A DNA stretch of 63,916 nucleotides, counting the filler, from Basidiobolus meristosporus CBS 931.73 (taxonomy: Eukaryota > Fungi > Basidiobolomycota), in the NCBI GenBank assembly GCA_002104905.1. It is 4 parts of 4 records of this genome, joined end to end, with 100 filler letters (N's around TTAATTAATTAA, not from the genome) between each part and the next. Parts side by side here need not be neighbours in the genome. Positions count along the whole stretch, not along the records: positions 24,152 to 39,822 come from MCFE01001142.1; 3 more parts are not named here. One strand, given 5' to 3'. The notes beneath the pieces are model-generated. The model did not search any database. It was not told where the DNA came from and worked only from the letters and a program-made list of their open reading frames with translations. The position numbers and the translations under genes are program-made. Below are positions 24,492-38,200 of the stretch, piece after piece; the first letter of the stretch is position 1; each line of letters starts with the position of its first letter.

Positions 24492-25969
24492 ATGGCTGAT
24501 CGGTAAGTTCCCTCCCTTTCATACTAGTTTCGTCGTAGCATTACTCACCTAACCCTCAACCTTCCCCTTGGACATCAGTAAAATTCTCCTTCTCGGATCC
24601 GGCTACGTTGCTGGCCCATGTGTGGAATATCTCTCGAGACGCCCGAGAACAAAATCACCATCGGTAAGTCGGTTGGGTTGTTGTATCCGTTGGGGGTTGG
24701 TGTACTCATCGTTGTATAGGCTGCAGACGCATTGAGAATGCCAAGGCCTTGGCTGCCCAATTCCCTGGCGCTTCTGCCATTTCCGTGGATGTCAACAACG
24801 AACAGTCGATTGACGAGGCAGTGTCTCAACATGACTTGGTCATTAGCTTGATCCCATACATTCATCACGCCACTGTCATCAAGTCTGCCGTCAAGTTCAA
24901 GAAGAACGTCGTCACCACCAGTTACGTTTCTCCTGCCATGCTGGCTTATGACGAGCAGGCCAAGAGCGCTGGCATCACTGTCATGAACGAGATCGGTCTC
25001 GACCCCGGAATCGATCATTTGTACGCTGTGAAGACTATCGACGAGGTTCACAAGGAGGGTGGCAAGATCCTCTCCTTCTTGTCTTTCTGCGGTGGACTTC
25101 CTGCCCCCGAAGCCTCGAATAACCCCTTGGGTTACAAGTTCAGCTGGTCTTCCAGAGGTGTCTTGTTGGCTTTGCGTAACAACGCCAAGTTCTACGAAAA
25201 CGGCCAGGTGGTCGACATCCCAGGACCCGAGCTCATGGATTCCGCCAAGCCGCTCTACATCTACCCAGCATTCGCCTTCGAGGGATATGCCAACCGTGAC
25301 TCCACCCCATACAAGGAGAGATATAACATCCCCGAGGCTCAGACCATCATCCGCGGTACCCTTCGCTATCAAGGTTTCCCCAAGTTTGTCAAGGCTTTAG
25401 TTGATATTGGCTTCCTTGATGACAGTGAGCAAGACTACCTCAAGCCCGAGGCCCAAGATGTCACTTGGAGATCGGTTCTTGCCAAGTTGATCGGAGTCAC
25501 CGATGCTTCGGCTGATTTGGAAGCTGCGATCAAGGCCAAGATCAGTGAGAAGGACGAGACCGAGATCCAGAGAATCCTCAATGGCATGAAGTGGCTCGAC
25601 TTGTTCTCCAACAAGAACGTGACCAAGCGTGGAACCTACTTGGACACCCTGTGCGCCACCCTTGAGGAGAAGATGGCTTACGAAGAGGGCGAGAGGGACA
25701 TGATCATGTTGCAGCACAAGTTCGAGGTGGAGCTTGCCGATGGAACCAGACAAACCCGCACCTCCACTTTGTTGGAGTACGGCGAGCCCAACGGCCCTAG
25801 CGCCATGGCCAAGACCGTCGGTATCCCATGCGCCATCGCCGTTGATTTGATTCTGGATGGTGTGTTGAAGGAGAAGGGAGTCATCGCCCCCATGACTCCC
25901 GAGATCAACAATCCCATCATGGAGGCGTTAGAAAAGGAGGGCATCCAAGTGATTGAAGCCATTTTGTAA
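24492..25969 (+). CDS. LYS9: Saccharopine dehydrogenase [NADP+, L-glutamate-forming] (saccharopine reductase); apparent 1-nt frameshift in exon 2
   Basis: Exons 24492-24502, 24579-24663 and 24720-25969 with GT-AG introns. MADRKILLLGSGYVAG, NEIGLDPGIDHLYA, FLSFCGGLPAPE, GYKFSWSSRGVLLAL, GTLRYQGF, AMAKTVGIP. CpG-rich, host-like codon use. Confidence 0.95.
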
Positions 25970-27007
25970 ACTTTAGAATCATTCATATCCCAATAAACGT
26001 TCATTGTGTAAATCACGTAAATTACCCGCATCGAGTTGGCACCTTCATCCTCATAACCACAGTCCCACACATGAATGCAAATGCCTGATTTGGTGTATGT
26101 CCAGGTTGGTTGGAAGTCGGACCAAACATGATGCCAGCTAGCCCAACCCCAGAATATCGGAAGTGGACCCTCAGCTTTGTAAGCCACTTCCTGGGTCTTT
26201 TCTTAGAGCATTCTTGTTGTTGGCCTTACAAAGCTTCCCCAAAAGTACCAGTACTCTATCTGAACTTAAGCAACAAGTGAATATCACATAACCTACCAGT
26301 CCTCTCAGTCACTACCAACATCTCTGAAACTCTCCTAACAAAAGTCATTGGCGCTTCAATGGACGCCATTAAATAATGCACTCTATTCAGGGTGAGAATA
26401 CCTCAAGAAAGGAATCCTGCCAGCTAAGAGTGTTTTGCCAATTTCATGCTTACACTTATATACTTACAGTTACTTGGCAACTTTTGGTGTGGGTGCTTTA
26501 GTAATATTGATAATGGCTAGGAGGACTGGCATATGGTATGCTTGCCACTCAATATATCATTCAGTACAAAAGTACCACTTGCATTTTTACAGATGCACTG
26601 GATATGCTTACAAAGGTCCACGAACACAAGTATGCAAAGTCAGCGACTTTTAAGCCACTTGTAATATTCTAGCAAGATGTAGCATACCTAGAGCATCAGT
26701 GTTCATTAGCCAATAAAGCAGCCTGAATCTTAGCCATAAGGCCACTTGTGTGCCCCCATCAATAGCTCATCTCTGGGCCAATCTAAAGCTATTTTTTGAT
26801 TCAATCTTATTGATGGTAACAAATGTGGAAAGTTGCCCAAAGTTATGGAGTGCAATGCACATTCATTTCCATTTCTATTGAAGAAAAAGATCTAAAAACC
26901 ATATTTACTTACCTAAACTTAGGTAAATTAGTAGACTTGTTTAACCAGACTGTGCCAGGGAATGTAGTGCTGTACTTGGTTGCAAAGATTGATTTGGTGA
27001 AATATTA

Positions 27008-30000
27008 TGTTGTAAAAATTTGTAATTCCACCTAGATATTCACCTAACTTAGTCACTTAGATCATCGCCTTCAAATCCTAGGAAGTACTGACCAAATTCC
27101 TTGTTGGGATTTACTTATAATATTTACCCAGAACATGAAAATTCTGAAAGTTGTCCAAACAGCCCTAAACTTTGCTCACATGTTCTTGAAACTTTTCTTA
27201 ACCTATTCTACAGGTTTGTAATGCCAAGACCATGTAAAAGTATAAATACTACTTTTACATTCAATAAATCATTTGGTGAAAACCACAAATTCTGCTTGTT
27301 CTCCCAATCACTTCCAATATCTTCAAGACTCTTCCAACAGGCTATGAGCCCCAAGCTGTCACTCTCTGCAATGTCTACTACTGCTATTACTGGAATTTTT
27401 CACTCCACTCAAAAGCTGGATGGATCTAACTACCAAGTGTTGAAGGTGAAGGTGAAGACAAATATACTGCTACAAGAAAGAGGCCTCTAGGATATTGTCA
27501 TGGGAGAAGAATGCCCTCCTAAAAATGTGGAAGAGGAAGCCTTAGAGTACCAGAAGAAAGAACAAAGTGCCTTTAACTGCATTTGCCTTGATGTCAAAGA
27601 CAAATTGCTATTTCAATGCTCAAGAGCAAAAGTAGCAAAGAATGCCTGGAAGGCATTAGAAGACACCTACCAGTTGTGTTCAGCGGCTAAGAAAATGTAC
27701 TTGAGACAAAGATTCCTTGCTACAAAGATGGAGCCAAGAGAAGAAAGGAAAAATCTAATTAGGAGAATTACCCTGCTGGTGGATGAGATGGAATCTGTGG
27801 GTGTACCAACTACTGATGAGGATGTGATAGTTACCATCCTGAATAGCCTGACAGAGAAGTTTCAGGGCCTTGTATCAGCCCTAGAGTCCAGAACTGAAGA
27901 TTTGAGCTCAAGTTATGTATATGGAAGGCTCCTGGATGAAGAATTAAGAAAATGCTTTAATAAACAATGATAACCAACAAAGGAGATACCCAAGACCTTT
28001 CAAAGGTAATAGAAACCTGTTTTGTAACTACTGCAGAAGGAAAGAACACACATCAGACCAGTGCTTGAAAAAGAGAGATGGTCAGCAGAAAAAGCCTCAA
28101 TCTGGAAATGCTGCTACAACTGAGGATAGACTATTCATATCTGCACTAAATATGACCACAAACAAGGATTCTCAGATGTGGTATATTGACTCTGGAGCAT
28201 CTCAACACTTGACACACCAAAAAGAACTTTTTAACCAATATCAAGAAATTACAATTAAAAACATTTTCATGGATGACAATAGAGCATTTGATGCAGTGTG
28301 AGAAGGAACTATTCAAGTAAGCCTAAGAAGCAGTGAAGGAAGCCATACACTGACCTTTAAAGAAGTACTCTATGTACCAGAAATAGCCAAGAACCTACCA
28401 TCTGCAAGGAAGGCCACAGCAGAAGGACTCAGTTTCAGCTTTAACAATTCTGGATGCAGGATCACTGATTAAAATGGTGCCCATATTGCTTTGCATATAA
28501 GAGATCAGAATCTGTATAAGTTAACTTATAATCCATCAAATCTGGAAGCCCATATAAGTAACATAAATGAAGAAACACTAATGCTTTGGTACAGGAGATT
28601 TGGACACATCAATTTTGATTATTTGTGCAAAATGATCAAAGATCAGCTAATTTCCAGAGTGAAAATTGATCCCCCACCTAATTTGGAGCACTGTGAAGCC
28701 TACATATATGGGAAATAAGCCAGTCAACTGTTCAAGAGCTCTGGGTTGATCAAAACTAAGAAAAAATTATATCTAATTTGCTCAGATTTGTGTGGAGCTA
28801 TGCAAAATTTTTCCTCAGGCAGGATGAAACATTAAATCACTTTAATCAATATTATACAAGAAATATTTGGGTCTAATTCATGGAGAGAAAGAGAGAAGCT
28901 TTGTCTAAGCTCAGGGAGTTTAAAGCCATGGTGGAGAGAGAAACTGGTGAAAAAATCAAGAAAATACACTCTGACAATGACTGGGAATATACCTCAAAAC
29001 TCTCCATCCACTTCTGCAAAATTGATGGGATAAAGCAAGAGACTACTCTACCATACTCCCCACAGCAAAATGGAGTAGCAGAATGTGCTACAGGTCAATA
29101 ATTGATATGGCAAGATCTACAATCCATGATCAAAAATTATCCTATGATTTTTGGGCAGAATCAGTTGCCACTGCTGTATACCTTAAGAATGGGAGTTATA
29201 ACAGAACACTTTGTGATTCTACTCCATTTGAAGCATGGTATAGATACAGACCAAATGCACAACATCTAAGAATATTTGGGTGTGCAGCATATGCCAAGAA
29301 ACTGCCTGGGAATCAGTCAAAATTTTAGCCAAAAAGTGTACAATGCATATTTTTGGGCTACTGCAATGAGAGCAAAGCATACAGACTCTACAATACCAAA
29401 GCAAAGAAGCTAACCAAGTCCAGGGATGTGTTGTTTGCTGAAAATTCTAAATTTTCACAAAAAATGACATTAGATGATGTCAAACATCTGATCTTAAGTC
29501 CACAAATTGTCAGGATTGAACAGAGCAAAACAATGAAGGCTTTTTCACTCTGGAGAACTCTAAAGCTCTGATTGAGCCTGAAGCAATGCCCAGGAATATC
29601 CCAGAAGTGCTCATTCCAGCATCATATTCCTAGAGATCCAACTGGACAACAAATAGCCCAAACTACTATATCAATGAGGGTAAAAACTTAGCCTATGCCT
29701 ATTCAGTCCATATTGCTGAGCCCCACACTGTAAAAGAGGCCCTAAATAGCCCTCAGACAAAGTTTTAGAGATCTGCAATGACTGAGGAATATCAGGCCCT
29801 AATGGAAAATCAAACTTGGGACTCAGTCAAATTACCAATCAACCAAAAATCAACTGGATGCAAATGGGTCTTTCAGACAAATATAAGGCTGATGGTACAA
29901 TTGAAAGGTACAAAGCAAGACATGTGGCCAAAGGATTCTCCCAAACAAAAGGACCTGACTATACTGAGCCCTTTGCATTGTAGCAGGGTCACAGTGACAC

Positions 30001-32701
30001 CCACTGACAGATGTGCTCATTCCCATATTTTCTACTTCCCTATTTCTCTACTACGCATATTTTAGGTTTATCCCAGTTGTCTTACTGATCAGTACTATCC
30101 CATAAGCTGGTTGACTATCACACCTGCTTGCCTTATTGCATAGGTTATTCCTCACTTTATGTAAGATTACTATCTGTAAGTGCTTCAATATTAGGCAAGT
30201 ACCTGCACCAGTACCCATGACACATGATCAACCTGTGTCACCATCCCTACCATTTCCATACCTTATATGGTATCCCTATTTTACATAGGTCCCAGAGTAC
30301 TGATTCCTGATTGGTTAGATGTGCTGTGCCTCTTACAACCTTCTGGCACCTACTTAGAATACTCTTAGCTCATTCTGATGTCATAAAGATTTGTATTGAT
30401 CTCCAGAACCTTGTGGAGCACCATGATTAGTAATCACTTAGCCAGTGAGAAAAGTACATAACAGAGGCAATCCCTCAACAATAAATCATCATCCCTTTTA
30501 TCAATATACCAACTTGTTGATTAGTGTGATCACTGCCACCTGCTGCTACCTGAACTTCCAGCCCCAGACCACAGGACACTCCCAGGAAACCATCTGACAG
30601 CCAACTGACCTTGGAGGCACTACTTATGAAAAATACTCAGAGTAGGTATCTTTTATTATATTTGATTCTTTCCCAAGTTTGTTCTTGTACAAGCAAAGAT
30701 ACTTTTGTGTCTTTGTAGCTATTGACCACAGCTGCATTCTTATCAAGTCCCTGCTGGTGGAGTTTACAGTTGTTTTGACTTTGGAAGCTTTAGTACATTG
30801 TCATCGCAAAGGATGCTGAACCCAGCACACACTTTTGTTAAGACACCAACTAAGTTGGGGATTGTAGCTCAATGGTTTTCCCTTGACAGGCTTGTGGCTT
30901 TATTCCCCATCACATTAGATTAGAGATGGAACCCAATTATTCCTAGTAAGCTTTTACCAGAGGTTATTGCACCCAGTGAGCACCCCAAATGCAAAACACT
31001 TGAGAAGTGTTGGACTTGTCTCTCTCTTGGATCTATACACCACCACAGTGCCAGTAGCCAAGTTTAATTCCATCAGATTAATATTGGCTATTGCAGCCAA
31101 ATATAAGTGTTTTATTCATCAAATGGATGTAAAAACAGCATTTTTGAATGAAGAACTTGATGAGGATGTGTATATGGACCAGCCTGATGGGTCTGATGAC
31201 CAAGATAACCCCCATTTGGTCTGCAAGCTTAAAAAGTCTCTATATGGTCTCAAACAATAACCAAGAGACTGGAATCACAATATAGATTCTTATTTGGGAT
31301 CTTTGCATTTCAAAAGGAGTAATGCTGACTATAGTGTAACCTATAAGCCAGATAGCGTAAGTCCAGTACTATTAGCTCTATGTGTGGATGATCTTATTAT
31401 AGCCACCAATAACCTAGCAATGTTGAAAGAGACTAAATCAAGCCTATCCAAGGAGTTCAAAATGTCTGATCTAGGAGCACTCAGTTACTACTTAAGGAAT
31501 AAGTTCTCCATAGACAGAAGTACCTAGACTATCACCCTAAGCCAATCCAGGTATATTCAAAACATACTAAAGAAGTACCAAATGGAAGACTGTAAGCCAG
31601 CAGCTACCTCACTGGAGACAAACCCTAACTTGGTCAAACTCAACTAAATCAAGAGAGCTTAGTGTCATTTGAGAGCCCTGACTTTCCTTATCAATCTATG
31701 GCCAGCATTCTGATGTATATCACACTTGGAACACATTCAGACATCTCATATCTGGGGGGAGTTGTCAGGCATCATAATCAGACCTACGGATCTGATCATT
31801 ATGCAGCAGTTGAGTAGATTTTAGATACCTAAAAGGAACTGCTGATGTCTGCTTAAGATACAATTATACAAACTCAGAACAGGCTCTTGTGGTATACTCT
31901 GAAGCTGATTGGGGACAAAACCTATAAGACCAAAGATCCACCACAGGATCCACCTTTCCTCACTGTTAAGGAGCAATTTCATGGAATTCAAGAAAGCAAC
32001 CAACCTTAGCACTTTCCACTTCAGAGGCAGAATATATGGCAGCCTGTGAAGCTAAAACAAAGCAATGTGGCTAAGAAAGCTTTTTACAGATGTAGGTCTA
32101 TGTCAAAAAATGCCTATTGCTTTATTTCAAGATAATCAAGGATATACACAATTAGGTAGAAGTCTAACTATTTATGCTAGAACTAAGCACATAGATATTA
32201 GATATCATTTCATATATGAAGCTCTAGATAATAACTTATTTAGCTTAGCTTACTATCCTTCAGATGAAATGAATGTAGACATATTTACCAAATCATTAGC
32301 TAGAGACAAGTATGCATATCTTAGGTCAAAAATAGGACTAGTTAGTATGAACATTTAGCCAGGTGGAAGTGTTGTAAAAGAATGTAATTCCACCCAAATA
32401 TTCACCTAACTTAGTCTCTTAGATCATTACCTTCAAATTCTAGGGAATACTAACAGAATTCCTTATTGGGATTTACTTGGAATATTTATACAGAATATGA
32501 AATTTAGACAAGTTGTCCAAACAGCCCCAAGTTTTGCACACATGTTCTTAGGACCTTTCTTCATCTATTCTACATGTTTGTAATGTCAAGACCATGTAAA
32601 TCCATAAATAATACTTTTACATTCAATAAGTCAATTAAGTGAAACCACATAATCTACTTGTTCTCCCAATCACTTCCAATATCTCCAAGACTCTTACAAT
32701 G
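27008..32701 (+). mobile_element. Ty1/copia copy 2, full length but decayed, interrupted by a solo gypsy LTR
   Basis: 5' LTR 27008-27339, PBS GGCTATGAGCCC 27340-27351, gag-pol fragments through RNase H (RTKHIDIRYHF), PPT, 3' LTR 32370-32701. The two LTRs are clearly diverged from each other. Confidence 0.92.
29979..31047 (+). mobile_element. Solo LTR of the second gypsy family inserted in the copia RT
   Basis: Full-length homolog of 20888-21958. The copia RT frame (DYTE.F|APVAKFNSIR) resumes on either side. Flanks GCAT and GTGC. Confidence 0.92.
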
Positions 32702-33843
32702 CACTAGGCTGGTTGCATAGCCCTGATTCATGCTACCTGACATGCTTATAAATAATTAATCTTGCTATATAAGCAAATCATGGATCCTGATAATTGAAGG
32801 AGGCATCACAGCATGCACCCAATAAATTGAGCAAAGCCAAGTCAAATCAAGAATCACCACTGTTCTGACCAATGATGGATATCTATGCAGAGTAATTTAT
32901 AAAGGGATATTGCCCCAGGTCTAGTACTGACTTAATATTATTGATATCAAAGCACATTGTGATCACTGGTCTCCAACTATACAATTGGAGTTACCCAAAC
33001 TGCACTGGATTCCCTAAAAAAGCTAAGAAATGGCAAGCAGGATGTTAGCATAATATCAGCTGAGTTTCAGGTTTCTCTAAACTTACAATTACCAATATCT
33101 CATGTAATGGCTGCTTGGTAAACTAGTGAACCTATTTACAAAGTAAACTAAGCCAACTAGTACTCACACTAGATTGATAATGGGTATATCACTACTTCCA
33201 CCAAGAATTTAGAGGAAATGCACTAGCTGAATGTCAGCAAACAAGTACTAGAATACCAGCAGATTCTCTGAGGAATTGCTGGTTCAAGATTTTTTAAAGG
33301 GCTAAGCAATAATATCTTGAAATTGGAGGCTCACCAAGATGCCCACAGTCAGATATCTGTACAGTATTCATGCATCAACAGATTGCAGCACTGCTTCAAG
33401 AGCAGTACTAGAACAAACCAATTCCAATATTGCAAGAACTAGTTGTAAAGCCTGGCAGATGAGTTATTACACCTCACACTTATGGCTGAAGACCAATTTG
33501 TAAAGGGACTAGTGAGCAAACATTGACATTAAGCCTTAAGGTTCCTGCCACAGACATGGGCAATGGGTGCTGAGGCAGTAGCACTGATTAGATGGTGGGT
33601 TTCAATGGAGTTATATCTTGAGTGTGGGGTTGAGCTCAACATTATTATTGAAAATATGGGCTTCTTTAGGTCAGTGCAGTCTAAGATTAAGTTGTATCCA
33701 AAAATTCACTGGAAATAAACCAATCTGTTCCCTATGCAAAATAAATGTGTTGATCTTGTCAAAAGGCTGTCACATATATTAGATCCTGTGACCAAAAGGT
33801 GTTTATGCCATTATGATACCATGCAATAACTGATGGATAAAGC

Positions 33844-34650
33844 TGTTGTAAAAATTTGTAACTCCACCTATATATTAGACTTGTTCCATTGGATAGTGCC
33901 ACATTGAGCCATGAGTGCCAAATGATGCCATAGTGTGTCAGAGAGACCAAGTGAGCCTATACTTGGCCACAGAGTGTGAAACATAGCTCTGCATCTTCAT
34001 GCAAATTCACCCCTGTGTTTCACCCATTGTGTTGGAGAAAATCCATTTTTTGATGTTTTTTTTAGGTCAATGTTGTGCAGAATGTGTAAGAGCACAGAAG
34101 AGCTGAACACATGCATCATGTACTCAATACCCATGGCACTCTGATTCTACCTCCTGTGGCTTGTAACATGTCACAAAAGTGCATGGCACTATCTTGGTCC
34201 ACTGGTACTATCTGGCACTATATTTGATTATTAGCCCTAAAGTAAGATCTATACAAAGCACTTATAGTGCCAGATAGTACCAGTGGACCAAGATAGTGCC
34301 ATGCACTTTTGTGACATGTTACAAGCCACAGGAGCTAGATTCAGAGTGCCATGGGTATTGAGTACCTGATGCATGTGTTCAGTTCTTCTGTGCTCTTACA
34401 CATCCTGCACAACCTTGACCTAAAAAAAAACATCAAAAAATGGACTTTCCCCTGCATCATAGGTGAAACACAGGGGCTGTTTGGCATGAAGATGCAAAGC
34501 TATGTTTCACACTCTGTGGCCAAGTATAGGTTTGCTTGGCCTCTCTGGCACCCTATGGCTTCATTTGGCACTCATGGCTCAATGTGGTGCTATCCAACTG
34601 AACAAGTCTAATCACCTAGCATAGTCACTTAGATTATTATCTATGTTATA
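33844..34650 (+). mobile_element. Copia LTR fragment split by foldback element 2
   Basis: tgttgtaaaaatttgtaactccacctatatatt | foldback | aatcacctagcatagtcacttag reconstitutes the copia LTR start. Confidence 0.7.
33877..34609. mobile_element. Foldback non-autonomous DNA transposon, copy 2
   Basis: Same termini, arms and spacer as 18605-19320; flanks ATT/AAT. Confidence 0.9.
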
Positions 34651-34659
34651 TGGTTTGGA

Positions 34660-35237
34660 GCTAGTGAGGGGTACTTCAGGTAGTGGATACTCTGCAATAT
34701 CTTGGCAATTCTTTAATATTCATCTGGTATCTTGAGGGGCTCATTTAGCTTGAACTGCTTCATGTACAGCTTGGTAATCAGTACAGGGATATTGCTGAAG
34801 TGCAAAAGCATTGCTCCCTGCAGAGAGCTTTTACTCTAACTGATTCCCACTATTTTAAGTATCTCCAGTATATGACTAATTCCATACTGTGGCTAATGGC
34901 TTAAAGTTTGCCAGCCTTGCTACACTTGAATGCTGACATCTGTACATTTTCTCTGTAAGAAGATGATGTTCTTAGAGTTGGTATTTGGGAAATAATAATA
35001 TGTGTGAGCTATGGAATAAACTCCCTGCATCTCATATATTCAACAGCAGTACCCTCCTTTGTGCTCAGAAAAGCTAGCTATTGTGCTGATTGCTGGAGTA
35101 CTGCAAATGCTGAAAATATTTTGCGTTTTTACACAATGGCTACTTACCAGTATCCAGCTAGAAAGTATACAGGGTACATCCAACAATGAATATGATTAGC
35201 TACCCAGGTTAGATGGTAGTTTATTCCTAGATACTAG
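34660..35237 (-). mobile_element. CACTA-like transposase remnant (target of copia copy 3)
   Basis: Homology by eye to 14460-14720 and to the reverse of 45620-45900 and 46950-47300. Confidence 0.55.
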
Positions 35238-38200
35238 TGTTGTAAAAATTTGTATTTCCACCTAAATATTCACCTAACTTAGTCACTTAGATCATCACCT
35301 TCAAATCCTAGAGAATACTGACCAAATTCCTTGTTGGGATTTACTTTGAATATTTTCACCAAAATACCAGGTACCCAGAACATGAAAATTTTCAAAGTTG
35401 TCCAAACAGCCCCAAACTTTGCACACATGTTCTTGGGACCTTCCTTAACCTATTCTACATGTTTGTAATACCAAGACCAGGTAAAAGTATAAATACTACT
35501 TTTACATTCAATAAATCATTAAGTGAAAACCACATAATCTACTTGTCCTCCCAATCACTTCCAATATCTCCAAGACTCTTACAACAGGTTATGAGCCCCA
35601 AGCTGTCACTCTCTGCAATGACCACTACTGCTATTACTGGAATTTTTCCCTCTGATGAAAAGTTGGATGGATCTAACTACCAAGTGTGGAAGGTGAAGAT
35701 GAAGATGCTGCTACAAGAAAGAGGCCTTTGGGATATTGTCATGGGAGAAGAATGTCCTCCTAAAAACATGGGAGAGGAAGCCTTAAAGTACCAGAAGAAA
35801 GAACAAAGAGCCTTTAACTGCATTTGCCTCAATGTTAAAGGCAAACTGCTAATTCAATGCTCAAGAGCAAAAACGGCAAAGAATGCCTGGAAGGCATTAG
35901 CAGACACCTACCAGTCATGCTCAGCTGCTAAGAAAATGTATCTGAGATGGAAATTCTTTACTACAGAGATGCTGCCAGGAGAAGAAATGAAAAATCTAAT
36001 TTACAGAATTACCCTGCTGGTAGATGAGATGGAATCTGTGGGCGTACCAACTACTGATGAGGATGTGATAATTACCATCCAAAGTAGCCTGACAGACAAG
36101 TTTCAGGGCCTTGTATCAGCCCTAGAGTCCAGAACTGAGGATTTGACCTTAAATTATGTATATAGAAGGCTCCTGGATGAAGAAATAAGTAAATCAAGTG
36201 CTAATAAGAAGGAAGAAGAAAATGCTTTAATAAGCAATGATAACCAACAAAGGAGGTACCCAAGGCCCTACAAAGGCAACAGCAACCTGTTTTGTAACTA
36301 CTGCAAAAGGAAAGGACACACATCAGACCAGTGTCTCAAAAAGAAAGATAATCAGCAAAAGAAGCCTGAATATAGAAATGCGGCACCAACTGAAGATAGA
36401 CTATTCATATCTGCACTAAATATGACCACAAACAAGGATTCTCAGACGTGGTATATTGACTCTGAAGCATCTCAACACTTTACACACCAAAAAGAACTTT
36501 TTACCCAATATCAAGAAATTCTTATTAAGAAGGTTTTCATAGGTGACAATAGAACACTTGATGCAGTGGGAGAAGGAACTATCCAGGTAAACCTTAGAAG
36601 CAGTGAAGGAAGCCATACACTGACCTTTAAAGAAGTACTCTATGTACCAGAAATAGCCAAAAACCTACTCTCTGTAAGCAAGGCCACAGCAGAAGGACTC
36701 AGTTTCAGTTTTCACAATTTGGGATGCAGGATCACTGATCAAAATGGTGCTCATATTGCTTTGGGCACCAGAGATCAGAATCTACAAAAGTTGACTTATA
36801 TTCCATCATATCTGGAAGCCAATATAAGTAACTTAAATGAAGAAACACCAATGCTTTGGCATAGGAGATTTGGACACATCAATTTTGATTATTTGCGCAA
36901 AATGATCAAAGATCAGCTAATTTCTGGAGTGAAAATTGATCCCCCAGCTAATTTGGAGCACTGTGAAGCCTGCATATATGGGAAACAAGCCAGACAACCG
37001 TTCAAGAGCTCTGGGTTAATCAAAACTAAGAAAAAATTAGATCTAATTCATTCAAATCTGTGTAGACCTATGCAAAATTTTCCTTAAGTGGGATGAAGTA
37101 TTTAATCACTTTTATTGATGATTATACAAGATACACATGGGTCTACTTCATGCAGAGAAAGGAAGAAGCTCTGTCTAAGTTCAGGGAGCTTAAAGACATG
37201 GTGGAGAGAGAAACTGGTGGAAACATCAAGAAAATACACTCTGACAATGGTGGAGAATATACCTCAAAACTCTTCATCCACTTCTGCAAAATTAATGGGA
37301 TAAAGCAAGTGACTACTGTACCATACTCCCCGCAGCAAAATGGGGTAGCAGAACATGCTAACAGATCAATGACTGATATGGCAAGATCTACGATCCATGA
37401 TCAAAAATTATCCTATGATTTTTGGGCGGAATCAGTTGCCACTGCTGTATACCTTAAAAATAGGAGTTATAACAGAATACTTCGTGATTCTACTCCATTT
37501 GAAGCATGGTATGGATACAGACCAAGTGCAGAACATCTAAGAATATTTGGGTGTACAGCATATGCCAAAAAACTGGCCAGAAATCAGTCAAAATTTGAGC
37601 CAAAAAGTGTAAAATGCATATTTTTGGGCTACTGCAATGAGAGTAAGGCAAACAGACTCTACAATACCAAAGCAAAGAAGCTGATTAAGTCCAGGGATGT
37701 GTTGTTTGATGAAAATTCAAACTGTTCACAAAAAATGACATCAGATGATGACAACAATTTGATCTCAAGCCCACCAATTGCCAGGATTGAATCAGAGCAA
37801 AACAATGAAAATTTTTTCACTCCAGAGGACTCTACAACCATGGTTCAGCCAGAAGCAGCACCCAGGAATATCTCAGAAGTGCCCACTCCAGTATCAAATG
37901 CCAGGAGATCCAATTGGACATGAAATAGCCCAAGTTACTATATCAATGAGGGTACAAACTTAGCCTATGCCTATTCAGTCCATATTGCTGAGCCCCAGAC
38001 TGTAAGAGAGGCCCTAAATAGCCCTCAGACAAAGTTTTAGAGATCTGCAATGACTGAGGAATATCAGGCCCTGATGGAAAATCAAACTTGGGACTTAGTC
38101 AAATTACCAATCAACCAAAAATCAATTGGATGCAGATGGGTCTTCAAGACAAAAGCAAGGCCAATTGTACAATTGAAAGATACAAAGCAAGACTTGTAGC

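Noticed and set aside
24575-25753. Long minus-strand ORFs of 265 and 118 aa
   Set aside because: Antisense to LYS9; expected from biased codon use.
26000-26960. Short ORFs downstream of LYS9
   Set aside because: No recognisable domain or splice pattern.
27003-32706. TSD for copia copy 2 (TATTA versus CACTA)
   Set aside because: Two of five mismatches and a damaged LTR end; compatible with decay but not demonstrable.
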